64,000 nt of DNA, from assembly GCA_963735035.1 (NCBI GenBank), contig CAVTJJ010000002.1, positions 1 to 64,000 of the forward strand. Direction: 5' to 3'. The DNA comes from an uncultured candidate division Zixibacteria bacterium (GTDB taxonomy: Bacteria; Zixibacteria; MSB-5A5; GN15; FEB-12). Under the pieces are notes generated by a model. The model saw only the letters and a program-made list of their open reading frames with translations. It had not been told where the DNA came from and did not search any database. Shown here piece after piece: positions 1 through 10,523 of the stretch; within the stretch, counting starts at the first letter, position 1; every line of letters starts with the position of its first letter. Both the position numbers and the translations under genes were made by a program.

Positions 1-2
1 AC

Positions 3-161
3 GAGGAGGACGATGAGGAATTCCCCTGTCTCGCGACGATCACCGTGCTCGGGCGCGAGATCGGCTGGCGACGCACGGCGCTGGTGTGCGTGGGCACGAT
101 CCTCCTCGCGCTACTCGTCGGCGGCATCGTCGCGCACGGGCTGCCGCTGCTCGTCGTCTGA
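3..161 (+). CDS. 3' end of a membrane protein (partial)
   Basis: Open frame EEDDEEFPCLATITVLGREIGWRRTALVCVGTILLALLVGGIVAHGLPLLVV* ending TGA 159-161; GC-rich third positions; hydrophobic C-terminus. Confidence 0.5.
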   Translation, partial: EEDDEEFPCLATITVLGREIGWRRTALVCVGTILLALLVGGIVAHGLPLLVV

Positions 162-208
162 GATCGCGAGGGCGGTCGCCTGGCGTCACCCGGCGCATGG
201 ACGGCCTG

Positions 209-1234
209 CTAACCCTCAAGCACGCGCCTGTAGATCACTTCGTAGTCGTCGATCATGCGGTCCACGGTGAAGCGCGTCTCGACGGCGCGTCGGCAGGCGC
301 CGGCATCGATCTCGGCGACGCGCCCAATGGCTGCGACGAACTCGTCGAAGGTGTCGCAGATGAAGCCCGTCTTGCCGTGGTCGATGATCTCGGGCACCGA
401 GCCGTGTCGCAGGGCCACCACCGGCGTGCCCGTCGCCATGGCCTCGATCATGACCAGGCCGAACGGCTCGGGCCAGGTGATCGGGAAGAGGAATGCCTTG
501 GCGTGCGCGAACAACTCGCGTTTGCGCGCGTCGCTGACCTCGGACTCGTAGATGATCTGCTGGCCGTCGATGTGCGGCGCGACCTGTGTCTCGAAATACT
601 CGCGGAAGGGCTCCTGTAGCACGCCGGCCATGATGAGCCTGTGGCCGGTGCGCTTTGCCGCTTCGATCGACAGATGGAAGCCCTTGGCCTCGCAGACGCG
701 GCCGAAGGCCAAGAGGTAGTCGTCCTTCTGGGCGACGAAGGGCCACTGCCCGACAGCGATGGCGTTGTAGGCGAGACCGGCCCAGGACATACCCGGCGGC
801 GCCATCGACTGCTGGTACCTGCTGATAGCGATGTACCCGGCGGCGTCGCGGAACTGCTCGTAGAAGGGGTACGCGTGTGTGTCGAAGGCGCAGTGCACCG
901 TGTGCGCCATCGGCGTCTGGAGATAGCGGCTGAAGGCAACGCCGAGGAAGCCCGAGTGGTCGTGCACCAGATCGAAGCGGCCGCGCTCGATGTCGGCGAA
1001 GGCGAAGGCGACCTGGCGGGCGTCGTAGCTGCCTTGCCCGAGGACCTCGGGCAGCTGTACCGGGAAGATCGCACGCAGTTCGGCGCGCGTGTGCGAGTCG
1101 CCGCTGGCGTAGAGCACGACCTCGTGTCCGCGCGCCGTGAGCCCATCGCACAGTTGCTGGACGACCCATTCCGTCCCACCGTAGCCGGCGGGCGGGACCG
1201 TGATCCAGGGGGCGGCGAGCTGGGCGATGCGCAT
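209..1234 (-). CDS. Glycosyltransferase family 4 (GT-B) protein
   Basis: N-terminal MRIAQLAAPWITVPPAGYGGTE; GRVCEAKG; C-terminal WPEPFGLVMIEAMATGTPV GT4 signature; ends in TAG. Confidence 0.9.
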   Translation of the reverse strand: MRIAQLAAPWITVPPAGYGGTEWVVQQLCDGLTARGHEVVLYASGDSHTRAELRAIFPVQLPEVLGQGSYDARQVAFAFADIERGRFDLVHDHSGFLGVAFSRYLQTPMAHTVHCAFDTHAYPFYEQFRDAAGYIAISRYQQSMAPPGMSWAGLAYNAIAVGQWPFVAQKDDYLLAFGRVCEAKGFHLSIEAAKRTGHRLIMAGVLQEPFREYFETQVAPHIDGQQIIYESEVSDARKRELFAHAKAFLFPITWPEPFGLVMIEAMATGTPVVALRHGSVPEIIDHGKTGFICDTFDEFVAAIGRVAEIDAGACRRAVETRFTVDRMIDDYEVIYRRVLEG

Positions 1235-1333
1235 GTCGGCAGTCTACAGGCAGGCAACGGCGATGCCGTTGGCGATCGCCGTCACGTCATGGCGGGCTGG
1301 GCATCGTCGACCCGTCCCGATAGAGTGACCGCC

Positions 1334-2550
1334 ATGATCCTCTTCCTCGACTGCGCCAACGGGGTCAGCGGCGACATGCTCGTGGCCGCGCTCATGTACG
1401 CTGGCCGCGGCCCGCGGGGACGACCCAATCGTCGGCCTCGTGCGTCCGGCATTGGCCGCCGTCGGCGTGGACCCGGATCTCGTCGCCAGTGGGGAGGTCC
1501 GGCGCGGCGGCATTGCGGCCCGCGCCTTCACGGTCGCCGACGCCCCGGGCTTCGCGACGTTCGCCGAGTTGATCGAGCGCGTGTGCGGCTCGGCGCTCAA
1601 GCCGTCCGTCGTGGAGGCGGTGGTCGCCGTGGCGCGCCGCATGGCCGCCGCGGAGGCGCAGGTCCACGGGGACGCCGACGAGCATCTCCACGAGCTGAGC
1701 GGCGTTGACACGGTGGTGGATCTGGTCAGCGCCGCCATCCTGGTCGTACCGGCTGTCGCCGGACACGATCGTGGCGTCGCCGCCGGCGTTGGGGAGCGGC
1801 ATGGTGCGCACGGCGCACGGCCTGGTCTCGGTGCCCGCGCCCGCCGTGCTCGCCTTGCTGACGGGTTCACCCGTCGCCGCCGCGGCCGGCGAGTCCCTCG
1901 GCGAACTGACGACGCCCACCGGCGCGGCGCTCCTGGTTCACTACGCCGCGATGTTCTCCGCCATGCCCGCCGGTCGTCTCGCCGGGGTCGGCTACGGCGC
2001 CGGGCAGCGCGAGGCGCCGGGCCGCCCGAACGTGTTGCGCGCCCTGCTCATCGAGCCGCCAGGCGGCCTGGAGGGCGCGGCGCCGACCTTGCCTGGCCCT
2101 GAACCAGAGCATGTTCTGCTCGAGACCAACATCGACGACATGACGTCCGAGCTGCTGGCGCACGCGGCGGACGCGCTGCGTTCCGCGGGCGCCCTCGACG
2201 TGTGGTTCACGAGCGCCCTGATGAAGAAAGGCAGGCCTGGGGTGGTGCTGCACGTGCTCGCCGTGATGGCCGACCGGCAGCGGCTTGCGGACACCGTCTT
2301 CGCCGAGACCACGAGTTTCGGTCTGCGCGTGCTCCCCGTGGCGCGGCTGTACGCGGACGACCGTCGTGGGACGGTCGTTGTGGAGGGCCACGAGATCGGC
2401 GTCCGCCTGGGCTACGACGCCGGCCGCCTCGTCACCGTCTCGCCCGAGTACGAGGACGTGCGCCGCGTCGCGGTCGCCACCGGACGCCCGGCGCGGGCCG
2501 TCCACGCGGGGGCGCAGGCCGCCGCCCGTGACCGTTTCGACGGAGGCTGA
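1334..2550 (+). CDS. larC: Nickel pincer cofactor biosynthesis protein LarC (two apparent frameshifts, ~1397 and ~1743)
   Basis: FLDCANGVSGDMLVAAL, HLHELSGVD, TAHGLVSVPAPA, ELTTPTGAALL, LETNIDD, MKKGRPG, ETTSFGLR, PEYED motifs spread over three frames. Confidence 0.85.
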
Positions 2551-2688
2551 TCGCCATCCGGGGGCGCTGCGCTGCCGGTATGGCGCCCGTGAGCACCCAC
2601 CGGTACAATCCGGCGCACAGTGCCGGAGAACCCCGGCCACGCCCTCGGCGCTCCGTCGCGCGCCCGAGGGGCAACCAAGGAGGACGCC

Positions 2689-4406
2689 TTGACTTCCAGC
2701 GCGAAGCCCGTTCGCAAGTCGCCCGTGCCGAGCGACATCGCCATCGCCCAGAGCGCCACGATGCAGCCCATCCAGGCCATCGCCGAGAAGGCCGGCATCC
2801 TGGAGGAAGAGCTCGAGCTCTACGGCCGCTACAAAGCGAAGATCGACTACATGGCGCTGCTCGAGCGTCTCAAGGATATGCCGGACGGCCGCATCATCGA
2901 CGTCACTGCGATCACCCCCACGCCGCTCGGCGAGGGCAAGACCGTGACCTCCATTGGTCTCACCGAATCGATGAACGCGATCGGCGTCGACACCATGCTT
3001 GCGTTGCGTGAGCCCTCGCTCGGTCCGGTGTTCGGCATCAAGGAGGGAGCGGCCGGCGGCGGCTACTCCCAGCTGGTGCCGATGGAGGACCTCAACCTCC
3101 ACTTCACCGGCGACATCCATGCCGTCGGTGTCGCCAACAACCTGCTCGCGGCCATGGTCGACAGTCACCTGATGCATGGCAACGAGTTGGGCATCGATCC
3201 GCTCACCATCGCCTGGCGGCGCTGCGTCGATCTCAACGACCGCGCCATGCGCGAGATCGTCAACGGCCTCGGCGGGCGGCTGAACGGCATCCCGCGCCAG
3301 ACCGGCTACGACATCACGGTGGCCAGCGAGGTCATGGCCATCCTGGGCCTCGCCACGAGCCTCAAGGACCTGCGCGCCCGGCTCGGTCGCATCACCTTCG
3401 GGTACAGCGTCGCCGGCCAGCCGCTGACCGCCGAGGAGATCGGCGCGGCCGGCGCCATGACCGTCCTGCTCAAGGACGCCCTCAAGCCCAATCTGATCCA
3501 GACGCTCGAGGGCAATCCCGCGCTCGTGCACGCCGGGCCCTTCGCCAACATCGCGCAGGGCAACAACTCGATCATCGCCGACAAGGTCGCCATGAAGCTC
3601 GCCGACTACGTCGTGACCGAGAGCGGCTTCGGCGCCGACCTGGGCGCCGAGAAGTTCATGGACATCATCTGTCGCTACGGCGGCTTCGCGCCCAGCGCCG
3701 TGGTCATCACCTGCACGATGCGCGCCCTCAAGATGCACGGGGGCCTGCCCGTCGACGTGGAGCTCCTCAAGGCCGAGAACAACGCCGCTCTCGAGAAGGG
3801 CTGCGAGAACCTCGTCAAGCAGATCGAGAACATGAAGCTCTTCGGCCTGCCCGTCGTCGTCACGATCAATCGCTTCGCCTTCGATCGCGACGGCGAGATC
3901 GAGATCGTCCGCAAGGCGGCTATCGCCGCCGGCGCCGAGGACGCCGTGCCAATCAAGGTGCACGCCCGGGCGGCGACGGCGGCCAGGAGGCGGCCGAGGT
4001 CGTCAAGGCCGCGGCCGACAAGGGTGGCGACTTCCACTTCCTCTACTCGCTCGAGGCCTCCATCAAGGAGAAGATCGAGACGATCGCCACCAAGATCTAC
4101 GGCGCCGACGGCGTCGACTACCTGCCCGAGGCCGAGGCCAAGATCAAGCTCTTCACCGAGCAGGGCCTCGACAAGCTGCCGCTGTGCATGGCGAAGACGC
4201 ATCTCTCGCTCTCGCACGACCCGGCGCTCAAGGGCCGCCCGCGCGGCTTCCGCGTGCCGATCCGCGACATCCGTCCCGCCACGGGCGCGGGCTTCCTGTA
4301 CCCCTTGCTCGGCGAGATGCGCACCATGCCCGGGCTCAGCAAGAGGCCGGCTGCCGTGAACGTCGACATCGATGTGGAGACCGGCGCGATCATCGGCCTC
4401 TTCTGA
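2689..4406 (+). CDS. fhs: Formate--tetrahydrofolate ligase (frameshift ~3968)
   Basis: [41 protein letters not shown]-terminal [13 protein letters not shown]...MPGL; RBS AAGGAGG before TTG 2689; frame breaks in a G run near 3968. Confidence 0.93.
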
Positions 4407-4443
4407 GAAGGGCGAACACCGTGGCCGCAGAAGGAGGGGATCG

Positions 4444-5085
4444 ATGAGCGACGCGCCGGTCGTGTACGCGACCAAGCCTCTGTGCGTCTACCTCGACGAC
4501 GCCGCCAGCAACAAGCCCGCGCCTGGCGGGGGCAGCGTCTCGGCCCTCGTCGGCGCGCTGGGCGCCGCCCTCGTGAGTATGGTCTGCAACCTGACACGAG
4601 GGCGGGAGAAGTTCGCCGGCGCGGAGGGACAGATGCAGGACCTCGTGGTGCGCTCCGAAGCTGCTCGCACCACGCTGGAGGGGCTCCTGCAGGACGACAC
4701 CACCGCCTACAACGGCGTCATCGCGGCGTATCGCATGCCCAGGGAGATGGAGGCTGAGGCGGCGGCCCGCAAGGCGGCCATCCAGGCCGGCCTGATCGTC
4801 GCCGCCACTGTCCCGCTGGAGATCTGCCGCGCGAGTCTCGAGGTCTGCAGGCTCTCGCGGACCGCGGCGGAGCTCGGCAACCCCCAGGCCGTCACCGACG
4901 CCGGCATCGGCGCCGTGCTCGGCGAGGCCGCCGTCGTCAGCGCGGCGCTCAACGTCACGATCAATCTCGGCGCCATCGAGGACGCCGCATACGTGGCTGC
5001 CACCGCGGCCGAGATCGAAGCTCTTCAGGCCGAGGCCTCGGCGCTGCGCGCCGAGGTGCTCGGCATCACCCACGCCAAGCTCTGA
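4444..5085 (+). CDS. fchA: Methenyl-THF cyclohydrolase / formiminotransferase-cyclodeaminase C-terminal family (FchA)
   Basis: ASNKPAPGGGSVSALVGALGAALVSMVCNLT, GNPQAVTDAG, ALNVTINL; lies between fhs and folD. Confidence 0.85.
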   Translation: MSDAPVVYATKPLCVYLDDAASNKPAPGGGSVSALVGALGAALVSMVCNLTRGREKFAGAEGQMQDLVVRSEAARTTLEGLLQDDTTAYNGVIAAYRMPREMEAEAAARKAAIQAGLIVAATVPLEICRASLEVCRLSRTAAELGNPQAVTDAGIGAVLGEAAVVSAALNVTINLGAIEDAAYVAATAAEIEALQAEASALRAEVLGITHAKL

Positions 5086-5117
5086 CCATCAGCGCCTGAC
5101 GAACACGAAAGGGACCC

Positions 5118-5975
5118 ATGGCAGCTCAGATCATCGACGGCAAGGCCATCGCCGAGCAGATCCGCCAGGAGATCACGGAAGAGGTGGGAAGACTCGAGGC
5201 ACGCGGCGTCAAGCCGGGCGTGGCCACCATCCTCGTCGGCGATGACCCCGGCGCCAAGTTCTATAGGGGACAGATCGAGAAGAACACCGGTGCGGTCGGC
5301 TTCGCGTACTTCGATCACCAGCTGCCCGCGGGAACCACCGAGGCCGAAGTGCTGGCGCTCATCGCCGAGCTCAACGCGGAGGCCCGTGTGCACGGCATCC
5401 TGGCGCTCATGCCGATGTCCGCCGGCATCGACCAGAACAGGGTCTTCAACGCCATCGCGCCCGTCAAGGACCTCGACTGCGTGAATCCCGCCAATATCGG
5501 CCACGTGTTGCTCGGCGACCAGCTCTTCGCGCCGGCCACGCCCTCCGCCTGCATCGAGATCCTCGATCGGGAGGGGGTCGAACTGCAGGGCCTCAACGTC
5601 ACGATCGTCAACCACTCGAACATCGTGGGCAAGCCCGTCGCTCTCCTTTGTCTCAACCGCAATGCCTCCGTGCACGTCGTCCATGTGTTCTCGAAAGACG
5701 TGCCGGCCGCGTGCCGCGAGGCCGACGTCCTCATCTCGGCGGCGCCCGTCCGGGGTCTGATCAAGAAGGAGATGGTCAGGCCGGGCGCCATCGTCGTGGA
5801 CGTCACCACGATGCGTGGCGAAGACGGCAAACAGGTGGGATCGCTCGATTTCGAGGCCGTCTGTGAGGTGGCCGGTCGCGTCACACCGGTCCCCGGTGGT
5901 GTAGGCCCGGTCACCAACGTCATGCTGCTCCAGAATGCGCTGGTGGCCGCCAAGGCGCAGACAGGTGGCGGCTGA
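5118..5975 (+). CDS. folD: FolD-family methylene-THF dehydrogenase (probably monofunctional)
   Basis: IIDGKAIA, KDLDCV, PATP, SNIVGKP, TPVPGGVGPVT motifs; cyclohydrolase Lys and Gln positions substituted. Confidence 0.88.
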   Translation: MAAQIIDGKAIAEQIRQEITEEVGRLEARGVKPGVATILVGDDPGAKFYRGQIEKNTGAVGFAYFDHQLPAGTTEAEVLALIAELNAEARVHGILALMPMSAGIDQNRVFNAIAPVKDLDCVNPANIGHVLLGDQLFAPATPSACIEILDREGVELQGLNVTIVNHSNIVGKPVALLCLNRNASVHVVHVFSKDVPAACREADVLISAAPVRGLIKKEMVRPGAIVVDVTTMRGEDGKQVGSLDFEAVCEVAGRVTPVPGGVGPVTNVMLLQNALVAAKAQTGGG

Positions 5976-6095
5976 GGGCTTGCGCGCCCCGCTATACTGG
6001 TGTCCAACAGTCCGGTTGAGAGGGTGAGCGACCACATGCCACGACGCATCCCGAGCGACACGCCAGGCCATCGTCCCTCCTCGACGGAGGCGCCA

Positions 6096-6578
6096 GTGTT
6101 CGATCTGTCGCCGCTCGAGCAGATCGTCGCTGCCTGCTACACGTCCTCGGGCGACCTGATCCCCGTGCTCCAGAGGGCCCAGCGCCACTACGGCTACCTG
6201 CCCGACGAGGTCGCCGCCGAGACGGCGCGTCTCACGGGCCTGCCGGCCTCGCGCGTTTACGGCGTAATCACGTTCTATGCTCAGTTTTCGACGGTGCCCA
6301 CTGGGCGGCACACGGTCCGCGTCTGTCAAGGCACCGCCTGTCACGTCCGCGGAGGGCACAGCGTCTTGCGCGCGGTCGAAAGCGAGCTCGACATCAAGGC
6401 CGGCACGACCAGCGACGACCTGGAACACACGCTCGAGACCGTCGCCTGTCTGGGGGCCTGCTCGCTCGCTCCGGTGATGACCATCGACAGCCACTACTTC
6501 GGCAGGCTGACAGGCGCCAAGGCGGCGGCAGCGCTGGATCATGTGGGCGGTGACGGTGGTGGATCCGACGATGACTGA
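6096..6578 (+). CDS. NuoE/HydC-like [2Fe-2S] subunit of an NAD(P)H oxidoreductase
   Basis: LIPVLQRAQRHYGYLP, CQGTACHVRG, CLGACSLAP; GGAGG RBS before GTG 6096 (ORF is open from 6000). Confidence 0.88.
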   Translation: MFDLSPLEQIVAACYTSSGDLIPVLQRAQRHYGYLPDEVAAETARLTGLPASRVYGVITFYAQFSTVPTGRHTVRVCQGTACHVRGGHSVLRAVESELDIKAGTTSDDLEHTLETVACLGACSLAPVMTIDSHYFGRLTGAKAAAALDHVGGDGGGSDDD

Positions 6579-9500
6579 CACCGAGTACACTCGACCCATC
6601 GGCGCGTCGACTGGACTCGGTCGCATCACTGCAGGGGTACCGCGACCGGGTGCGCGCTCGTCCGCAGGCCGACAAGACCGTGCGCGTGTGTATGGACACC
6701 GGCTGTCGCGTGGGTGGCGGGAAGGACATCATGCGCGCCTTTGAGCGTGAGCTCGAGGACCGGGGTCTGAGTGACTCAGTGGCCGTCCGGGCCACGGGCT
6801 GTCACGGATTCTGCGCCCGCGGCCCGATCGTGGTCGTCGACCCCGATGGTGTCTTCTACCAGATGGTCGAGCCGGGTGACGTCCCCGATATCGTCGCCCA
6901 GACGATCATCCGCGGGGAGGCCGTCTCGCGTCTGACCTACCACGACACCGACGGCGGCTCGTGTCTGCGGCAGCCGGAGATCCCGTTCTTCTCCGGGCAG
7001 AAGCGCGTGGTGCTGCACAACTGCGGCACGATCGATCCCACGGACATCGATGCTTACATCGCGAGCGGCGGATACGAGGCCTTGGCCACGGTTCTCGCCG
7101 AGATGTCGCCGGCGGACGTGATCGAGACGGTCAAGGCGAGCGGGTTGCGCGGCCGCGGCGGGGGCGGTTTCCCGACAGGCCGCAAGTGGGAACTGGCGGC
7201 CGCACAACCAAGCGAGAAGAAGTACGTCATCTGCAACGCCGACGAGGGCGACCCCGGAGCATTCATGGACCGCGGACTCCTGGAGGGCGACACGCACGCC
7301 GTGATCGAGGGCATGTTGATCGGCGCCTTTGCGATCGGCGCCGATGAGGGCGTCGTGTACTGTCGCGCCGAATATCCCATCGCCATCAAGCATCTCGGCA
7401 TCGCCCTGGAACAGGCCGGGGAGCTGGGTCTGCTGGGCGACGATATCCTCGGCAGCGGGTTCGACTTTCACCTCAAGGTCAAAGAAGGCGCCGGCGCCTT
7501 TGTCTGCGGCGAGGAAACGGCGCTCATCGCCAGCGTCGAGGGCCGGCGTGGCATGCCACGCGCCCGCCCGCCCTTCCCGGCGGTCAGTGGCCTCTGGGGC
7601 AAGCCCACGAACATCAACAACGTCGAGACGTGGGCCAATATCCCTCCGATCATCGATCATGGCGTCGAGTGGTATCGCTCGGTGGGCACCGAGCGCAGCC
7701 CCGGGACCAAGGTCTTCTCGCTGGCTGGCAAGCTCAAGAACACGGGTCTCGTGGAAGTCCCCATGGGGATCACGCTGCGCGAGCTCATCTTTGACATCGG
7801 CGGCGGGATCACCCGCAACCGGCACTTCAAGGCCGTCCAGATGGGTGGACCATCCGGAGGTTGCCTGAGCGCCCAGCACCTCGACCTGCCGGTCGACTAC
7901 GATTCGCTGCGCGACGCCGGCGCGATCATGGGCTCAGGCGGCGTGATCGTCATGGACGAGACGTCGTGCATGGTCGACTTGGCGCGCTTCTTCGTCAACT
8001 TCACCCAGGCCGAGTCGTGCGGCAAGTGCACACCCTGCCGCCTGGGCACCAAACGCATGCTGGAGATCCTCACCCGCATCACCAGCGGTGAGGGCACCAT
8101 GGAAGATCTCGACCGCCTTGAGAAGCTGGCGCGCACGATCAAAGCGACGAGTCTGTGCGGGCTGGGCCAGACGGCTCCCAACCCCGTATTGTCGACGCTC
8201 AGATACTTCCGTCACGAGTACGAGGCTCACATCCTCGACAAGCACTGCGTAGCCTGTCAGTGCGAAGGCTTGGTCAAGGCCCCCTGTAGCCACACCTGCC
8301 CGGCAGGGGTGGACACGTCCAGTTACCTCGCCCTCGTGGCCGCCGGACAGTTCAAAGAGGCTATGGCGGTACACATGGAGCGCAACCCGCTGCCCAGCAT
8401 CTGCGGCCGCGTGTGCCATCATCCCTGCGAGTCGATGTGCAAGCGTTCCGAGCTTGACGACGCCGTGTCTGTGGCGGCGGTGAAGCGTTTCATGGGGGAC
8501 GAGGTCTCCGCAGCCGACATCCTGCATCCGCGGCCGTTGAATCAGGCCAAGCGAGTCGCCATCGTGGGCTCTGGCCCTGCAGGCCTCTCCTGCGCCTATC
8601 AACTGGCCCTGGCCGGCTTCCCGGTCACCGTGTTCGAGGCTCTGCCCGTGGCCGGCGGCATGCTCGCCGTCGGTCTCCCCGCGTTTCGCATGCCCAGGGA
8701 CATCGTGGCGCGCGAGATCGAGGCCATTGTCGGGCTTGGGGTGGAGATACGCCTCGACGAGGCGCTCGGGCGCGATTTCTCGCTGGATTCGCTTCTCAGC
8801 GACGGCTATGACGCGGTCTTCCTCGCGTTGGGCACGCATGTCTCCAGCCCCCTCGGTGTCGCCGGCGATGACGCTCCGGGCGTCCTGCCGGGCATGGACT
8901 TCCTCCGCGACGTCAATCTCGACAACGAGGTCTCCGTGGGCGACAGGGTCGTCGTCGTCGGCGGCGGTTCGGTCGCCATGGATGCGGCGCGCTGCGCGCT
9001 GCGCCTGCAGGCCATCGACGGCAGAAAGCGCGATGTCACACTCGTCTATCGGCGCTCCCGCCAGGAGATGCCGGCCTACGAGTGGGAGATCGTGGAGGGC
9101 GATGAAGAGGGTCTTGGGCTTCGAGTATCTGGCGGCTCCAGCCCGCGTCCTGGTCGGTCATGACGGTCGGGCCACTGGGCTCGAGTGCGTGCGTATGGAA
9201 CTCGGCGAGCCCGATGAGAGCGGTCGCCGCCGGCCCCTTGCGGTCCCGGGCTCCGCCTTCGTCATCCCCTGCGATACCGTCATCCCGGCGATCGGTCTCT
9301 CGGTCGACGTGAGTTGGCTTTCCGGCGAAGTGGAACTCAGCTCTCAGGGGACGCTCGCCGCCGACCCAGTCGACTTCCAGACGTCGCTCGCCAACGTGTT
9401 TGCCGGCGGCGACGCCGTGCGGGGCCCCGCGACGCTGATCGACGCGATCGGCGACGGCCAGCGCGCCGCCTTCGCCATCGAGCGCGCACTCACCGGCGCC

Positions 9501-9719
9501 GACACCAGGGAGGAGTACCTGAGCGCGGTCGAGAGTTCCCGCATCGTGCCGCGCCACGTGCCTCTCGACGACTTCGAGGAGGAGATCCCGCGCGCGGTCG
9601 CCGAGCACGTTTCTGCCGATTCACGCGTACAGGGCTTCGTCGAGGTGGTCCAGACTCTGACTGCCGAGCAGGCGTGTCGGGAAGCCGGACGCTGTCTGCG
9701 TTGCGATCTCGTGCACTGA
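6571..9719 (+). CDS. NuoF/HydB-like flavoprotein fused to a GltD/NfnB-like FAD-NADPH domain (StnB/SfrB-like); frameshifts ~6620 and ~9117
   Basis: Thioredoxin-like 2Fe-2S Cys, GLRGRGGGGFPTG, CNADEGDPGAFMDR, GAGAFVCGEETAL, ESCGKCTPCRLG, then CSHTCPAG/CGRVCHHPCE, GSGPAGL, GGGSVAMDAAR, VYRRS, FAGGDAVRGP, EAGRCLRCD. Confidence 0.85.
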
Positions 9720-9909
9720 CGCCCGGTCGATCCGCGCCAGTCGCGCGAGCCGGGATGTGAGGCCGACAAGGGCGGCGCCCATCTCCCTGCTCCCATCGTG
9801 TTTACAGCCGTAGGAGCGTGGTGTACGCTGCCGCCGTGCGCGCGGCGTCGCATGGGGGGCGCCGCTGGCCGCAAGGCCGGCGCGAGAGCATTCGCAGGAG
9901 GATTCTGCT

Positions 9910-10113
9910 TTGGCGCAGGGGACCGTAAAGTGGTTCAGCAACGAGAAGGGGTATGGCTTCATCGAGCGGGAGACTGGCGACGATCTGTTCGTGCACTTCT
10001 CCGAGATCTCGATGGACGGGTACAAGACGCTCGTCCAGGGGCAGCGCGTGGAGTTCGAGGTCGCTGAGGGGGACAAGGGACTCCAGGCTTCCACGGTGAG
10101 ACCGCTCGCCTGA
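9910..10113 (+). CDS. cspA: Cold-shock protein
   Basis: [15 protein letters not shown] (RNP1) and DLFVHFS (RNP2); AGGAGG RBS before TTG. Confidence 0.93.
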   Translation: MAQGTVKWFSNEKGYGFIERETGDDLFVHFSEISMDGYKTLVQGQRVEFEVAEGDKGLQASTVRPLA

Positions 10114-10128
10114 CGGGCGCGACCCAGC

Positions 10129-10172
10129 AGAAGGGGGCCCCAGTCGCAGCGGCTGAGGGCCCCTTTCTTGTT
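10129..10172 (+). terminator. Intrinsic terminator after csp
   Basis: AGAAGGGGGCCC...GGGCCCCTTTCTTGTT stem-loop followed by a T-rich tract. Confidence 0.65.
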
Positions 10173-10241
10173 CCCGTCTTCGAGGCTGGGGTACTATAGC
10201 TGTCCGGCTTTTCGCGGTGCGCGGCAGGAGGCAGCCCAGTC

Positions 10242-10523
10242 ATGATCGGCGAAGACGATGTCCGCTACGTCGCCAAGCTCGCCCGGCTGCGCCTCGAGCA
10301 GGCTGACGTCGAGCGCATGACCGGCGAGCTTTCCAAGATCCTCAGCCACATCGACAAGATGAGCGAGCTCGATACGGCCGATGTGCCGCCGACCGCGCAT
10401 GTGCTCGATATCGTCAGTGTCATGCGCTCCGACAAGGTGCGTCCCGGTATCTCGCGCGAAGAGGCGCTGCGCAACGCCCCAGCTGTGAACGCCGATTCGT
10501 TCCGCGTACCCAGGATGAGATGA
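10242..10523 (+). CDS. gatC: Asp/Glu-tRNA amidotransferase subunit C
   Basis: VAKLARL...DVPPTAH...RSD...NAP...FRVPR; precedes gatAB. Confidence 0.92.
   Translation: MIGEDDVRYVAKLARLRLEQADVERMTGELSKILSHIDKMSELDTADVPPTAHVLDIVSVMRSDKVRPGISREEALRNAPAVNADSFRVPRMR

Noticed and set aside
2605..2688. GC hairpin in the fhs leader as a THF or ZTP riboswitch
   Set aside because: No recognisable consensus for either class, and hairpins are expected at this GC content.
3035..3055. Fhs [10 protein letters not shown] instead of the usual GIKGGAAGGG
   Set aside because: A single substitution in a G-rich run of error-prone sequence cannot be distinguished from a base-calling error.
2689..9719. Selenocysteine TGA read-through in the C1/redox genes
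   Set aside because: All TGA codons fall at expected C-termini or result from frameshifts; no in-frame TGA sits at a catalytic Cys position.
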